From: an uncultured Hoministercoradaptatus sp.
Lineage (GTDB): Bacteria > Bacillota > Clostridia > Lachnospirales > Lachnospiraceae
Direction: 5' to 3'
NCBI GenBank assembly: GCA_964427045.1
Contig: CAYRTA010000001.1
Coordinates: forward strand, 16,118-80,117
Length of the DNA: 64,000 nucleotides
Positions 38,190 through 48,529 of this stretch are shown here, piece by piece (the first letter of the stretch is position 1; every line of letters begins with the position of its first letter). A program made the position numbers and the translations under genes. The notes beneath the pieces were generated by a model. It had not been told where the DNA came from and did not search any database. It saw nothing but the letters and a program-made list of their open reading frames with translations.

Positions 38190-39518
38190 ATGAAGAGAAG
38201 AGTGTTAAGTGTACTTCTGGCAACTGGTATGATAGTCAGTATGCTGGCAGGCTGTGGATCGGACGGACAGGAGTCTACAGATGATACGAATACGGCAGAC
38301 CAGGCGGAGGATACGGAGGGAACAGATAGTTCGGATGAGGCAGTTTCCATTAGTTTCTGGTCTCTGGCGTCGAGAAAAGAGTTTGAAGATGCCATCATTG
38401 AGGCGTACATGGAACAGCATGATAATGTAACGATTACGGCAACCTATTATTCCACAGATGATATTAAGGCAAATCTGAAAGTGGCTGCTTCTTCAGGTAC
38501 TATGCCAGATATGTGGTACAACTGGGGCGGAAGTCTGGCCAGTTATTATCCGGCCAACGATCTGACCTATGACCTGACGGATGTGGCCGCGGAAAATGGC
38601 TGGGATGAAAAATATTTAACTTCTGCTTTGGAACTGTGTACGCTGGAGGGTCAGTTAAGTGGTATTCCTCAGAGCATTGCTACCATGACCATGTGGTATA
38701 GAAAAGATATTTTTGAACAGTATGATCTGGAGGTGCCCACGACCTTTGAAGAGCTGGAGCATGTCTGTGAAGTATTGAAGGAAAATGGTGTGACACCATT
38801 TGCCACGGGCGGTCAGTATGGATGGCATGTGGCCCGCTATCTGCAGGATTTGATCGAATATTATGGTGGTGCTGAGGAACATGACGGACTGAATCTGATG
38901 ACAGAGGACTGGGCTTCCTCCGAAGCAGTTACAAAGGCATTGGAGAAACTTCTCGACTGGGAAGAAAAGGGATATTTCCAGGAAGGCTTCCTGACAGAGG
39001 ATCCCAATGATTGCAGAATATATGTATACAATGGAACCTGTGCTATGATCATTGACAGTCAGACCATGGCAAATCAGATTATTCTGGCGGAGCAGGATCC
39101 CAGTCTGTACGGCTTCTTCGGATTCCCGACAGAATCGAATGCGGATGGTACCGGCCGTGTGGCAGCCTATGTGAAGATGACACAGGTTAATAAGAATGTT
39201 ACGGATGCTCAGTTGGAAGCGATTCTGGATTTCTGGGATTTCTATTATGATGAAGCTTCGAATCCATCTTATACAAGCGTAGAACAACCTACCGCGATTA
39301 TCGGCGCGTCAGTACCGGAAAACTATGCGATTTCCGAAGGTACGCTGGAACTGATGGACAGTGTTGGTATCTATACCCAGATTGATCAGGCGCTGCCTGC
39401 AGAGGTGTTTGATCAGGTAACGGTGGCACAGGATGGTTTGGCAACCGGTGATTTGACTCCTGAAGGGGCGGCCGAAACGATTCAGACAGCCATCACTTCC
39501 TATCTGGCAAATAATTAA
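38190..39518 (+). CDS. Carbohydrate ABC substrate-binding lipoprotein
   Basis: Lipobox LAGC; MPDMW, WYRKDIF..VPTTFEEL..LKENGVTPFA. Confidence 0.9.
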   Translation: MKRRVLSVLLATGMIVSMLAGCGSDGQESTDDTNTADQAEDTEGTDSSDEAVSISFWSLASRKEFEDAIIEAYMEQHDNVTITATYYSTDDIKANLKVAASSGTMPDMWYNWGGSLASYYPANDLTYDLTDVAAENGWDEKYLTSALELCTLEGQLSGIPQSIATMTMWYRKDIFEQYDLEVPTTFEELEHVCEVLKENGVTPFATGGQYGWHVARYLQDLIEYYGGAEEHDGLNLMTEDWASSEAVTKALEKLLDWEEKGYFQEGFLTEDPNDCRIYVYNGTCAMIIDSQTMANQIILAEQDPSLYGFFGFPTESNADGTGRVAAYVKMTQVNKNVTDAQLEAILDFWDFYYDEASNPSYTSVEQPTAIIGASVPENYAISEGTLELMDSVGIYTQIDQALPAEVFDQVTVAQDGLATGDLTPEGAAETIQTAITSYLANN

Positions 39519-39594
39519 TGAGAAAAAACTTTGCGTAACCAGAGGGGGCTGTACCTAAGGGTATGCCCCCTCTTCTATGAAAGGGGTATTTATT

Positions 39595-40467
39595 TTGAGA
39601 AACAGAAAATCAAAATTAACATCCTACCTGTTCTTGCTGCCGGCGTTTATTATTTTCAGTTCCGTGGTGGTGTTTCCTACGATTTATTCCTTTTATCTGA
39701 GTTTCTTTTCCTGGAATGGTATCGGGCCTAAGACCTTTATCGGTCTCGGAAACTATATCAACCTGATCACCGTTGACCCGGTGTTTTTAACGGCATTGAA
39801 AAATAATCTGATCTGGATCGTATTGACGGTATGTTTTACGGTTACGGTATCCTTATTTTTGGCGGTGGTTTTGAATCGGCATTTTAAGGGACGGGTCATC
39901 TACCGGGCCATTTTCTATATTCCTTATATGCTTTCCTGGGTTGTGGTCGGCGTGATTTGGAAATGGATGTACAATCCGAACATGGGATTCATCAATGAAT
40001 TTTTGCAGATATGGGGAATAAATACACAAAAGCTGACCTGGCTTTCCAACCAGAAAATAGCCCTTTACTGTGTATATGTGGCAGCGCTCTGGCAGAGTAC
40101 CGGGCAGCCGATGATCCTGTTTTTGGCCGGATTGCAGACGATTCCTTCCGATATTCTGGAAGCGGCCACCATCGATGGCGCAGGGAAAGTAAAGGCATTT
40201 TTCACCATTACCATACCTATGCTAAAGGAAACTTTTGTGATTGTATTTGCTACGTTGATTATTGCGGCCATGAAAGTTTATGACATCATCAAGGTCATGA
40301 CAGGGGGCGGCCCGGGTACTTCCACGGAGACACTTGCCAGTTATATGTATTCCCAGACCTTTTTGTACAGCAATTTCGGAAAGGGCAGTGCCATTGCCTG
40401 TGTCATGTTTTTGATGATGGCTTTTATTATCGTTCCGTATGTGGCGTATACGGCAAGAGAAGAGTAA
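39595..40467 (+). CDS. Carbohydrate ABC permease
   Basis: YLFLLPA, FIGLGNY, ILEAATIDGA; TTG start follows AAGGGG (track start 39577). Confidence 0.9.
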   Translation: MRNRKSKLTSYLFLLPAFIIFSSVVVFPTIYSFYLSFFSWNGIGPKTFIGLGNYINLITVDPVFLTALKNNLIWIVLTVCFTVTVSLFLAVVLNRHFKGRVIYRAIFYIPYMLSWVVVGVIWKWMYNPNMGFINEFLQIWGINTQKLTWLSNQKIALYCVYVAALWQSTGQPMILFLAGLQTIPSDILEAATIDGAGKVKAFFTITIPMLKETFVIVFATLIIAAMKVYDIIKVMTGGGPGTSTETLASYMYSQTFLYSNFGKGSAIACVMFLMMAFIIVPYVAYTAREE

Positions 40468-40480
40468 GGGGGAATAGGCA

Positions 40481-41308
40481 ATGAAAAAGAAAGTAAAGAA
40501 AATTACATTTTATGTCCTGCTTACTTTGCTGGCGGTGATTTGGCTGCTGCCGGTGGTGACCGTATTTATTACCGCGCTGAAATCGCAGGCGGATTTCTAC
40601 TCCGGTGAGAGTTTGTTTTCTATCCCTGAGACGCTGAAATGGAGTAATTTTGCTGACGCATGGGTAAAGGGCCGTATGGCAACTTACATGAAAAATGGTC
40701 TGCTGATCAGTATTTTTAAAGTGCCGATTGGTATACTGGTGGAGTCGCTGGCAGCTTTTGCCATTACCCGGCTGGATATTAAACATAAAACAGGAATATT
40801 TGTATTTTTTCTTATGGGTATGATGTTGCCTCACCAGATGGCATTGATTCCTTTGAATCGTATTTTTTCCCAGTATCATCTGACCAATACGTATTTCGGT
40901 TTGTTTTATGTATACGTTGGTTTCGGTATTGGTTATGGAATTCTGGTACTCCGTGGTTTTATGCGTTCCATTCCGAAAGAATTGGATGAAGCGGCTTATA
41001 TTGATGGCTGCGGCAAACTCCGCCTGTATTGGAATGTGATTTTGCCCGTGTCCAAACCGGCTCTCGCTACGGTATTTATCGTTGACTTTTTGAATACCTG
41101 GAATGAATTTTTGCTGCAGAGTGTATTGATTACCGATGACTCTATGCGGACAGTGCCCAATGGACTTTTGAGTTTTATGGGCGAATATGGTACGGATTAT
41201 GGGCTGTTGAATTCCGGTGTGTTAATCTCCATTATTCCGGTTTTGCTGGTGTATCTGTTGTTCCAGAAATATTTTGTGGAAGGAATGTCCGGAGCCGTAA
41301 AACAATAG
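40481..41308 (+). CDS. Carbohydrate ABC permease
   Basis: ELDEAAYIDG, WNEFL, FQKYFVEGMSGAVK. Confidence 0.9.
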   Translation: MKKKVKKITFYVLLTLLAVIWLLPVVTVFITALKSQADFYSGESLFSIPETLKWSNFADAWVKGRMATYMKNGLLISIFKVPIGILVESLAAFAITRLDIKHKTGIFVFFLMGMMLPHQMALIPLNRIFSQYHLTNTYFGLFYVYVGFGIGYGILVLRGFMRSIPKELDEAAYIDGCGKLRLYWNVILPVSKPALATVFIVDFLNTWNEFLLQSVLITDDSMRTVPNGLLSFMGEYGTDYGLLNSGVLISIIPVLLVYLLFQKYFVEGMSGAVKQ

Positions 41309-41351
41309 CGGATGTAATTGATATATAGATAGGTAGAAGGAGGTAGAACTT

Positions 41352-42263
41352 ATGATTTACAATCATTATCATTATAGAATTCCGGAAGGGAAAACCTTTC
41401 GTCTGATTATTAATAGCGACGCAAAGAACGAGGCGGATGATCAGTATGCCATTGTACAGGCGCTGTTAAGTCCAAAGTTCGATAACCGGGGAATTATTGC
41501 CGCTCATTTCGGGGAAGAAAAGAGTCCCCATAGTATGATGGATAGTTATGATGAAGTTATCCGGGTTCTGGATTTAATGAAATTTCCCCGGGAACTGGCC
41601 TATAAGGGCGCGACCCATGCCATGCCGGATGAGAAAACGCCTGTGGAGTCGGAAGGCGCTAAATTGATTATTGAAGAAGCAATGAAAAATTCAGACGATC
41701 CGTTGTATGTGATTTTCCTGGGACCGCTGACAGATATGGCTTCCGCTTACCTGATGGAGCCGAGGATTGCCAACCGGCTGACCTGTGTCTGGATCGGAGG
41801 GGCAAAATATCCGGAAGGTGGTTATGAGTACAATCTGAATAATGATATCATTTCCGCCAGAGTGGTGATGAATTCCGAGATACCTGTGTGGCAGATTCCC
41901 AGGGATGTATACAGCCAGGTAATTGTATCCCTGGCAGAGCTGGAATATAGAGTCCGTCCCTGCGGCGCGTTGGGAAAATATCTGTTTGAACAGTTGGAAG
42001 AAAACGGGCACACCATTTATGCAAGAAAAACATGGAGAACCGGTGAATACTGGTGTTTAGGTGATTCTCCGGCGGTAGGTGTCCTGCTGTTTGCCCATAT
42101 GTACAGCTATGACTGGGTGCAGGCGCCTTTGATTACGGATAGCATGGCTTATGTAAAAAACAGTAATAACCGGCCCATTCGTGTATATCACGATGTGGAC
42201 AATCGTTATATATTGGAAGATTTTTATGCAAAGCTGGCGTTATTTGCCCAGTCGGAATCCTGA
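41352..42263 (+). CDS. Nucleoside hydrolase (IU-NH family)
   Basis: IINSDAKNEADDQYA Asp cluster, LGPLTDMA, WIGG..EYN..ND, LGDSP. Confidence 0.82.
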   Translation: MIYNHYHYRIPEGKTFRLIINSDAKNEADDQYAIVQALLSPKFDNRGIIAAHFGEEKSPHSMMDSYDEVIRVLDLMKFPRELAYKGATHAMPDEKTPVESEGAKLIIEEAMKNSDDPLYVIFLGPLTDMASAYLMEPRIANRLTCVWIGGAKYPEGGYEYNLNNDIISARVVMNSEIPVWQIPRDVYSQVIVSLAELEYRVRPCGALGKYLFEQLEENGHTIYARKTWRTGEYWCLGDSPAVGVLLFAHMYSYDWVQAPLITDSMAYVKNSNNRPIRVYHDVDNRYILEDFYAKLALFAQSES

Positions 42264-42284
42264 TATAAGGAATGAGGTGTTGAA

Positions 42285-43685
42285 ATGAAAAAGATCAAAC
42301 TTGGATTCGCGCCGACCAGAAGGAGTATTTTCAGCGCGCCGGATGCTGTAAAATACGCGAATCTGACAAGAAAACGCCTGGAAGAAATGGGCGTGGAGTT
42401 TGTCGATATTATGGACATCAATGAGGAAGGGCTTTTCTATGATGAAAAAGACCGGGAAAAAATACAGGAAAAATTTCGCCGTGAAAAAGTCGATGGTCTG
42501 TTTTTTCCTCACTGTAATTTCGGTACGGAATACGTGGTGGCCCGTCTGGCAAAGGAATTGCGGCTGCCGGTGCTTTTGTGGGGCCCCAGGGATGAACGGC
42601 CTGATGCCTGCGGCATTCGCCTGAGAGACAGCCAATGCGGATTATTTGCCACCGGAAAAGTATTGCGAAGATTTCAGGTGCCCTTTACGTATTTGACCAA
42701 TTGCCGTCTGGAGGATCCGGAGTTTGAAAGAGGTGTGCGTGACTTTTTGGCCGTCTGCAATGTGGTAAAGGTATTTCGTCATACCAGGGTTTTGCAGATT
42801 GGTCCCAGGCCCTTTGATTTCTGGTCTACCATGTGCAATGAAGGAGAGCTGCTGGAAAAATTCAATATCCAGCTTGCGCCCATTCCCATACCGGAGTTGA
42901 TCGCGCAGGTGCGAAAGGCGAAGGCCGAAGGTACTGAGGTGAAGGCGGTTATGGAATATTGTCATGCACATATGCATGTCCGGGTAAAAGAGCCGGAACT
43001 TGAGAATATTGCCGCGATGAAAGTGGCTATGAAACAATTGGCCGATCAATATGGCTGTAATGCAGTTGCGATTCAGTGCTGGAATGCTTTGCAGTCTGAA
43101 TTGGGCATCATGCCCTGCGCCGCCAATTCCCTGCTCAATGAAGAAGGCCTTCCGGTGGTCTGCGAAACAGATATTCATGGAGCGATTACCGCAGTGATGG
43201 TGGAGGCGGCTGCCCTGGATGATACGAGAAGCTTCTTTGCGGATTGGACAGTGCGTCATCCCGATAATGAAAACGGAGAATTGCTGCAGCACTGTGGTCC
43301 CTGGCCGTTGTCGGTGGCCCAGGAAAAACCCACCATTGGTTATCCGCTGGCTTTTGATCATCCGGGAGCGGTGGAAGCCCTGGCAAAATACGGCGACGTG
43401 ACGCTGGCCCGTTTTGACGGAGATAATGGAGAATATTCCCTGCTTCTGGGTGATGCAAAGGGCGTTGAGGGACCCTATACAAAGGGCACCTATCTGTGGG
43501 TGGAAGTGAAAAATCTGAAACGGCTGGAAGATAAACTGGTGTGCGGCCCCTATATCCACCACTGCGTCGGCATTCATAAGAAAGTGGTTCCCGTTCTCTA
43601 CGAGGCATGTAAATATATCGGAGTAAAGCCGGATTTATACGATCCTATTGAGGAAGAGATAAAGGCATATATCCGCGGAGAATAG
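42285..43685 (+). CDS. L-fucose/L-arabinose isomerase-family protein
   Basis: NFGTE, RDSQCG, AIQCW, VCETDIHGA, PYIHHC. Confidence 0.82.
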   Translation: MKKIKLGFAPTRRSIFSAPDAVKYANLTRKRLEEMGVEFVDIMDINEEGLFYDEKDREKIQEKFRREKVDGLFFPHCNFGTEYVVARLAKELRLPVLLWGPRDERPDACGIRLRDSQCGLFATGKVLRRFQVPFTYLTNCRLEDPEFERGVRDFLAVCNVVKVFRHTRVLQIGPRPFDFWSTMCNEGELLEKFNIQLAPIPIPELIAQVRKAKAEGTEVKAVMEYCHAHMHVRVKEPELENIAAMKVAMKQLADQYGCNAVAIQCWNALQSELGIMPCAANSLLNEEGLPVVCETDIHGAITAVMVEAAALDDTRSFFADWTVRHPDNENGELLQHCGPWPLSVAQEKPTIGYPLAFDHPGAVEALAKYGDVTLARFDGDNGEYSLLLGDAKGVEGPYTKGTYLWVEVKNLKRLEDKLVCGPYIHHCVGIHKKVVPVLYEACKYIGVKPDLYDPIEEEIKAYIRGE

Positions 43686-43736
43686 ATACCTGGGCAATTT
43701 ATTTGTGAGAAGGAAATACATAGAAGGAAAGGTGGA

Positions 43737-44582
43737 GTGAGCATGGATGAATTACGGATTCTGGCATATGAGTTGAGGAAAGATGTTTTGGATATGATTT
43801 TTCGCGCAAAAACCGGTCATATCGGCGGAGATTTCAGCGTTATGGAAATCTTGACGAATCTTTATTTTCGCCAGATGAATATTTCCGTAGAAAATCAGGA
43901 TTCCGATGACAGAGATTTATTTGTGATGAGTAAGGGCCATTCGGTGGAGAGTTATTACGCCGTATTGGCAAGAAAAGGATTTCTTGACAGAGATGAGGTA
44001 ATCAGCCGGTTTTCTGCTTTTGGGTCTCCCTATATCGGACATCCCAATAATAAACTGCCGGGCATCGAGATGAACTCCGGCTCTCTGGGACATGGCCTTC
44101 CGGTCTGTGTAGGTATGGCGTTAGCATCAAAACTGGATCAGAAAGCAAACCGGATTTATACGGTTATGGGGGACGGAGAACTGGCAGAGGGTTCTGTATG
44201 GGAGAGCGCGATGGCCGCTTCCCAGTATCAGTTGGATAATCTTTGTGCGGTGGTAGACCGGAACCGGCTGCAGATTTCCGGTACCACGGAAACGGTTATG
44301 CATCAGGATGATCTGCGGGCCAGATTTGAAAGCTTCGGCTGGTATGTCATCGAGACCGATGGAAATGATATGGCGGCCTTAGATCAGGCCTTTTGTCAGG
44401 CCCGGACGATAAAGGGGAAACCGGTGCTGATCATCGCGGATACGATAAAGGGACGCGGGGTTTCCTTTATTGAGAATCAGGCAGGGTGGCATCACCGGGT
44501 ACCATCGGCGGAAGAATATGCCCTTGCCATGAAAGAATTGGATGGAGAAATCCAAAGATTGCAGGCGTTAAAGGAGGCGTGA
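43737..44582 (+). CDS. Transketolase, N-terminal (ThDP-binding) subunit
   Basis: GHIGGDFS, MSKGH, SGSLGHGL, GDGELAEGSVWE..DRN, KGRG..WHH. Confidence 0.92.
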   Translation: MSMDELRILAYELRKDVLDMIFRAKTGHIGGDFSVMEILTNLYFRQMNISVENQDSDDRDLFVMSKGHSVESYYAVLARKGFLDRDEVISRFSAFGSPYIGHPNNKLPGIEMNSGSLGHGLPVCVGMALASKLDQKANRIYTVMGDGELAEGSVWESAMAASQYQLDNLCAVVDRNRLQISGTTETVMHQDDLRARFESFGWYVIETDGNDMAALDQAFCQARTIKGKPVLIIADTIKGRGVSFIENQAGWHHRVPSAEEYALAMKELDGEIQRLQALKEA

Positions 44583-44587
44583 GGTAT

Positions 44588-45532
44588 ATGAGTAAAATTG
44601 CGAATAAACAGGTGATATGTCAGGTACTTATGGAAGCGGCAAAAACCGATCCGGATCTTGTGGTTTTGTGCAGCGATTCCCGCGGTTCCGCTTCTTTGAC
44701 CCCATTTGCTGATACCTACCCGGAACAATTTGTGGAGGTAGGTATTGCGGAGCAAAATCTGGTCAGTATTTCCGCGGGTCTTGCCAAAGGAGGGAAGAAG
44801 CCATATGCTGCCTCTCCTGCCTGCTTTTTATCCTCCCGGAGTCTGGAACAGGCCAAAATTGACGTGGCCTATTCCAATACAAATGTAAAACTAATCGGCA
44901 TCAGCGGCGGCATCAGCTATGGAGCACTTGGCATGAGCCATCATTCCGCTCAGGATATAGCGGCTATGGCTTCCATTCCCAACATGCGGGTGTATCTGCC
45001 CAGCGACCGGCTGCAGACAGCATGCCTGATGGCAGAACTTCTAAAAGATGAGAAACCGGCTTATCTGCGTGTGGGCAGAAACGCAGTCGCGGATGTGTAT
45101 GAAGAGGGGAATGTTCCTTTTGAGATGGATGTGGCGACGGTAGTCAAGACCTGTCAGCATCCGGAGGTGCTTTTGGTAGCCTGCGGCGAGATGGTACGCC
45201 CCGCTCTGGATGCGGCCGGGTTTTTAGAAAGGGCCGGTATTGGCACCCGTGTGATCGATATGTATTGCCTGAAACCTTTTGATGCAGATACCCTGCTTCG
45301 GGAGGCGGAGGATGTAAAGGTTATTGTGACGGTGGAAGAACATGTACCGGTTGGCGGTCTTGGCTCCATGGTAAGTCAGTGTATTGGGCGGATATGCCCG
45401 AAGAAAGTTTTGAATCTCTCCCTTCCTGACGAGCCGGTCATCACAGGAACCTCAAAAGAGGTTTTTGATTATTACGGACTGAACGGGGAAGGTATCAAAA
45501 GAGCGGCTGAGATGATTTTGAACCAATCCTGA
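44588..45532 (+). CDS. Transketolase, C-terminal subunit
   Basis: EVGIAEQN, GMSHHS, YLRVGR, VTVEEH..GGLGS; start follows GAGGT. Confidence 0.92.
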   Translation: MSKIANKQVICQVLMEAAKTDPDLVVLCSDSRGSASLTPFADTYPEQFVEVGIAEQNLVSISAGLAKGGKKPYAASPACFLSSRSLEQAKIDVAYSNTNVKLIGISGGISYGALGMSHHSAQDIAAMASIPNMRVYLPSDRLQTACLMAELLKDEKPAYLRVGRNAVADVYEEGNVPFEMDVATVVKTCQHPEVLLVACGEMVRPALDAAGFLERAGIGTRVIDMYCLKPFDADTLLREAEDVKVIVTVEEHVPVGGLGSMVSQCIGRICPKKVLNLSLPDEPVITGTSKEVFDYYGLNGEGIKRAAEMILNQS

Positions 45533-45548
45533 AAGGCGGATAAAAAGC

Positions 45549-47042
45549 ATGGAGAAAAGCTATATGCTGGCCATTGACCAGAGTACCCAGGGGACAAAAG
45601 CCATTCTTTTAGATCGAAAGGGACAGGTTCGAGACCGCTGCGACCTGCCTCATAGGCAGATTATAAATGAGAAAGGCTGGGTAGAGCATGATTTGGAGGA
45701 AATCTGGAATAATACCCGACAGGTCATAAGGAATCTTTTGGATAAAAGCGGTGTTTCGGAGTTTCAGATTGCCGGACTGGGAATCAGTAATCAGCGGGAG
45801 ACCATAGCGGCTTGGAATCGGAAAACCGGAAAACCGGTTTATCACGGAATCGTCTGGCAATGTTCCCGCGGAACGAAAATCTGTGAGGCCGTCCGCGAGC
45901 AGGGATATGGGAAACTGGTGAAGGAGCGGACGGGGCTTGATTTATCGCCTTATTTCTCTGCCAGTAAGCTGGCCTGGGTTTTTCAAAATGTGCCGGAGGC
46001 AAGGAGCCTGGCAAAGGCGGGAAGTCTGTGCTGCGGTACCATAGACGCCTGGCTTCTATATTGCATGACTGATGGCCAGGTGTTCGCAACGGATTATTCC
46101 AATGCGTCACGAACGCAGCTTATGAATCTGGAACAGTTGTGCTGGGATAAGGAACTTTGTGATCTGTTCCAGGTCCCTATTGAGTGTCTGCCTCGCATCA
46201 TGGATTCGGATTCTTTGTTTGGAAGAACGGATTTGGATGGCCTATTAAAGGAAACGATTCCGATCTGCTGTATGATCGGGGATTCTCACGGTGCTTTGTT
46301 TGGACAGGGCTGTCATTTGCCGGGTATGGTAAAAGCAACTTATGGAACGGGTTCTTCCGTTATGATGCACACAGGCGGCAGGCCCATTGACAGCACCAAT
46401 GGCCTGGTATCTTCGGTGGCCTGGGGAAGAAAGGGGCAGGTTTCCTATGTACTGGAAGGAAATATTAATTATACCGGGGCCGTCATAAGCTGGCTGAAGG
46501 ATAACCTGCGGTTAATTGAGGCGGCCAGTGAGACAGAGACGCTGGCCCAAAAGGCCAATCCGGCGGATAAGACTTATGTGGTTCCTGCATTTACCGGATT
46601 GGGGGCGCCCTACTGGAGCAGTGAAGCGACTGCTTTGATTACGGGAATGACCCGTACTACAGGAAAAGAAGAACTGGTAAGGGCCGCATTGGAATGTATC
46701 GCTTATCAGATTCATGATGTGGTGACGTCCATGGGCCGGGATCTGGAAAGAACGACCGGGAAACAACTTATAACCCTGCGGGTAGACGGCGGTCCCACCA
46801 GAAACCGGTTTCTCATGCAGTTTCAAAGTGATATTTTGAATCTGTCCCTGGAAGTGCCCGGAAGTGAAGAATTATCTGCCATCGGCGCCGCTTATATGGG
46901 TGGTATTCGCGTGGAATTTTACGACGAAAAAACAGTATTTGAATTCCAGAACAGGGAATGTTACCGGCCGCGAATGGATGAAACATGGCGAAAGGAAAAA
47001 TTATATGGCTGGCAGCAGGCCATTGTCAAGACCCTGCGGTAG
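45549..47042 (+). CDS. FGGY-family carbohydrate kinase (glycerol-kinase-like)
   Basis: AIDQSTQGTK, GISNQRET, VWQC, TDYSNASRT, KATYGTGS, PAFTGLGAPYW, VDGG. Confidence 0.88.
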   Translation: MEKSYMLAIDQSTQGTKAILLDRKGQVRDRCDLPHRQIINEKGWVEHDLEEIWNNTRQVIRNLLDKSGVSEFQIAGLGISNQRETIAAWNRKTGKPVYHGIVWQCSRGTKICEAVREQGYGKLVKERTGLDLSPYFSASKLAWVFQNVPEARSLAKAGSLCCGTIDAWLLYCMTDGQVFATDYSNASRTQLMNLEQLCWDKELCDLFQVPIECLPRIMDSDSLFGRTDLDGLLKETIPICCMIGDSHGALFGQGCHLPGMVKATYGTGSSVMMHTGGRPIDSTNGLVSSVAWGRKGQVSYVLEGNINYTGAVISWLKDNLRLIEAASETETLAQKANPADKTYVVPAFTGLGAPYWSSEATALITGMTRTTGKEELVRAALECIAYQIHDVVTSMGRDLERTTGKQLITLRVDGGPTRNRFLMQFQSDILNLSLEVPGSEELSAIGAAYMGGIRVEFYDEKTVFEFQNRECYRPRMDETWRKEKLYGWQQAIVKTLR

Positions 47043-47061
47043 GTATGGGAGTATGGAACAT

Positions 47062-47096
47062 AAAACGGCAGCAGAATTGTTCTGCTGCCGTCATTT
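47062..47096. terminator. Bidirectional terminator between the kinase and SRP RNA
   Basis: ACGGCAGCAGAA-TTG-TTCTGCTGCCGT. Confidence 0.75.
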
Positions 47097-47140
47097 GTGT
47101 TCCTGTAAAATCTATTTTCAAAATTAGTATTTCATTCTTT

Positions 47141-47402
47141 ATGCGCACCGCACCTCGAACTTCCCTCACAGACGTTACTCCTACAGTTAACTCGGCCCAG
47201 GCACCCTCACGGCACACAGAAGGTTCTGCTTAGTGCTGCTCCATTCCTGACCTGACACGGTTCACAGATTCCTGTTGTGCAAGACCCAGACGTCAACGCC
47301 ACTTATAGAAGGCAGCTCCACAAGAAGAAGCCCTCAGATTGGTATCACCCCTGCTGTAGCGGATTGCAGGTACAGGGCACCGCTATCTCCCCGGCTGCGC
47401 AT
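47141..47402 (-). ncRNA. ffs: Signal recognition particle RNA (large bacterial SRP)
   Basis: Minus strand GAACCGTGTCAGGTCAGGAATGGAGCAGCACTAAG S-domain; complementary ATGCGCA/TGCGCAT ends; about 260 nt. Confidence 0.92.
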
Positions 47403-47407
47403 GGTTT

Positions 47408-47436
47408 AGTATACCCTGTTTAGCCGGGTTTGTCAA
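47408..47436 (-). promoter_or_regulatory. sigmaA promoter of SRP RNA
   Basis: TTGACA-17 bp-TATACT. Confidence 0.85.
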
Positions 47437-47553
47437 ACTTTTTGTAAGAAATCAAAATGCATTGCACCATCCGGCCCGATTCGGTATACTAATATATGGG
47501 TCAGAATTTGACCGTATAGATAAGGAAAGATTCAAAATACAGGGAGGATTTGC

Positions 47554-48477
47554 GTGATGAAGTATGTGATAATCGGCGCCGGCGGCAACGGAGGAGTCGT
47601 GGGCGCCTATATGACGAGAGCAGGTAAGGATGTAACTTTGATTGCCAGAGGAACCCATCTGGCCGCCATGAAGGAGCATGGTCTGGTGCTGGAACGTTTG
47701 CATAGAGATGATAAAGAGGTCTTGGCAGTAAAGGCCAGTGATATGGAGCACTTTGAAGAAAAAGCAGATGTGGTGTTTGTCTGTGTAAAGGGATATTCTC
47801 TGGACAGTACGGTGCCATTTATTCGAAAGATAGCCCATGAGAATACGATTGTTATTCCCATTCTGAACATATATGGAACGGGCGGTAAGCTGCAGGAACA
47901 GTTGCCGGAGCTGCTGGTGACGGACGGTTGTATTTATGTATCTGCCAATATTAAGGAGCCAGGCTGTATTCTGATGCATGCAGATATTGTCCGTGTGGTA
48001 TTTGGTGTACGCAGGCCAGAGGAATACCGGCCCCAATTGCCTCTGATTGAACAGGATTTGCGGGAAGCAGGAATCGAGGGGATTCTCAGCCGGCATATTC
48101 GCCGGGATGCCCTGCAGAAGTTCTCTTATGTATCCCCTATCGGAGTGGCGGGACTTTATTATCAGGCTGTGGCTGCTGATTTCCAGAAAGAAGGAGCACC
48201 CCGGGAATTGTTTAAACAATTGATCCGGGAGGTTGTTGCTCTTGCGGCGGCCATGGGTATTACTTTTGAGCAGGATCTGGTAGAGACCAATCTGCAGATT
48301 CTCACCACCCTGGCGCCGGAAGCTACCACTTCCATGCAGCGGGACGTTATGATGGGAAAAGAATCAGAGATCGACGGCCTTGTTTATGAGGTGGTACGTC
48401 TGGGCGAGCAGTATCAGGTGGAAGTGCCGGGCTATGTCATGGCCGCGGAAAAATTCCGTAAGATGAACCTGAAATAG
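47554..48477 (+). CDS. panE: 2-dehydropantoate 2-reductase family protein
   Basis: IIGAGGNGG Rossmann motif, VCVKGY, TSMQRD..GKESEIDG. Confidence 0.85.
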   Translation: MMKYVIIGAGGNGGVVGAYMTRAGKDVTLIARGTHLAAMKEHGLVLERLHRDDKEVLAVKASDMEHFEEKADVVFVCVKGYSLDSTVPFIRKIAHENTIVIPILNIYGTGGKLQEQLPELLVTDGCIYVSANIKEPGCILMHADIVRVVFGVRRPEEYRPQLPLIEQDLREAGIEGILSRHIRRDALQKFSYVSPIGVAGLYYQAVAADFQKEGAPRELFKQLIREVVALAAAMGITFEQDLVETNLQILTTLAPEATTSMQRDVMMGKESEIDGLVYEVVRLGEQYQVEVPGYVMAAEKFRKMNLK

Positions 48478-48529
48478 GGTGCTGCAAGAGTTGTCTTATG
48501 TTTGGTCAGAATGATGAGGTGATTTACGC

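Noticed and set aside
45549-47042. Calling the kinase glpK
   Set aside because: It has DQSTQGTK and VWQC plus a transketolase/isomerase context, and no glpF or glpD nearby; substrate left open
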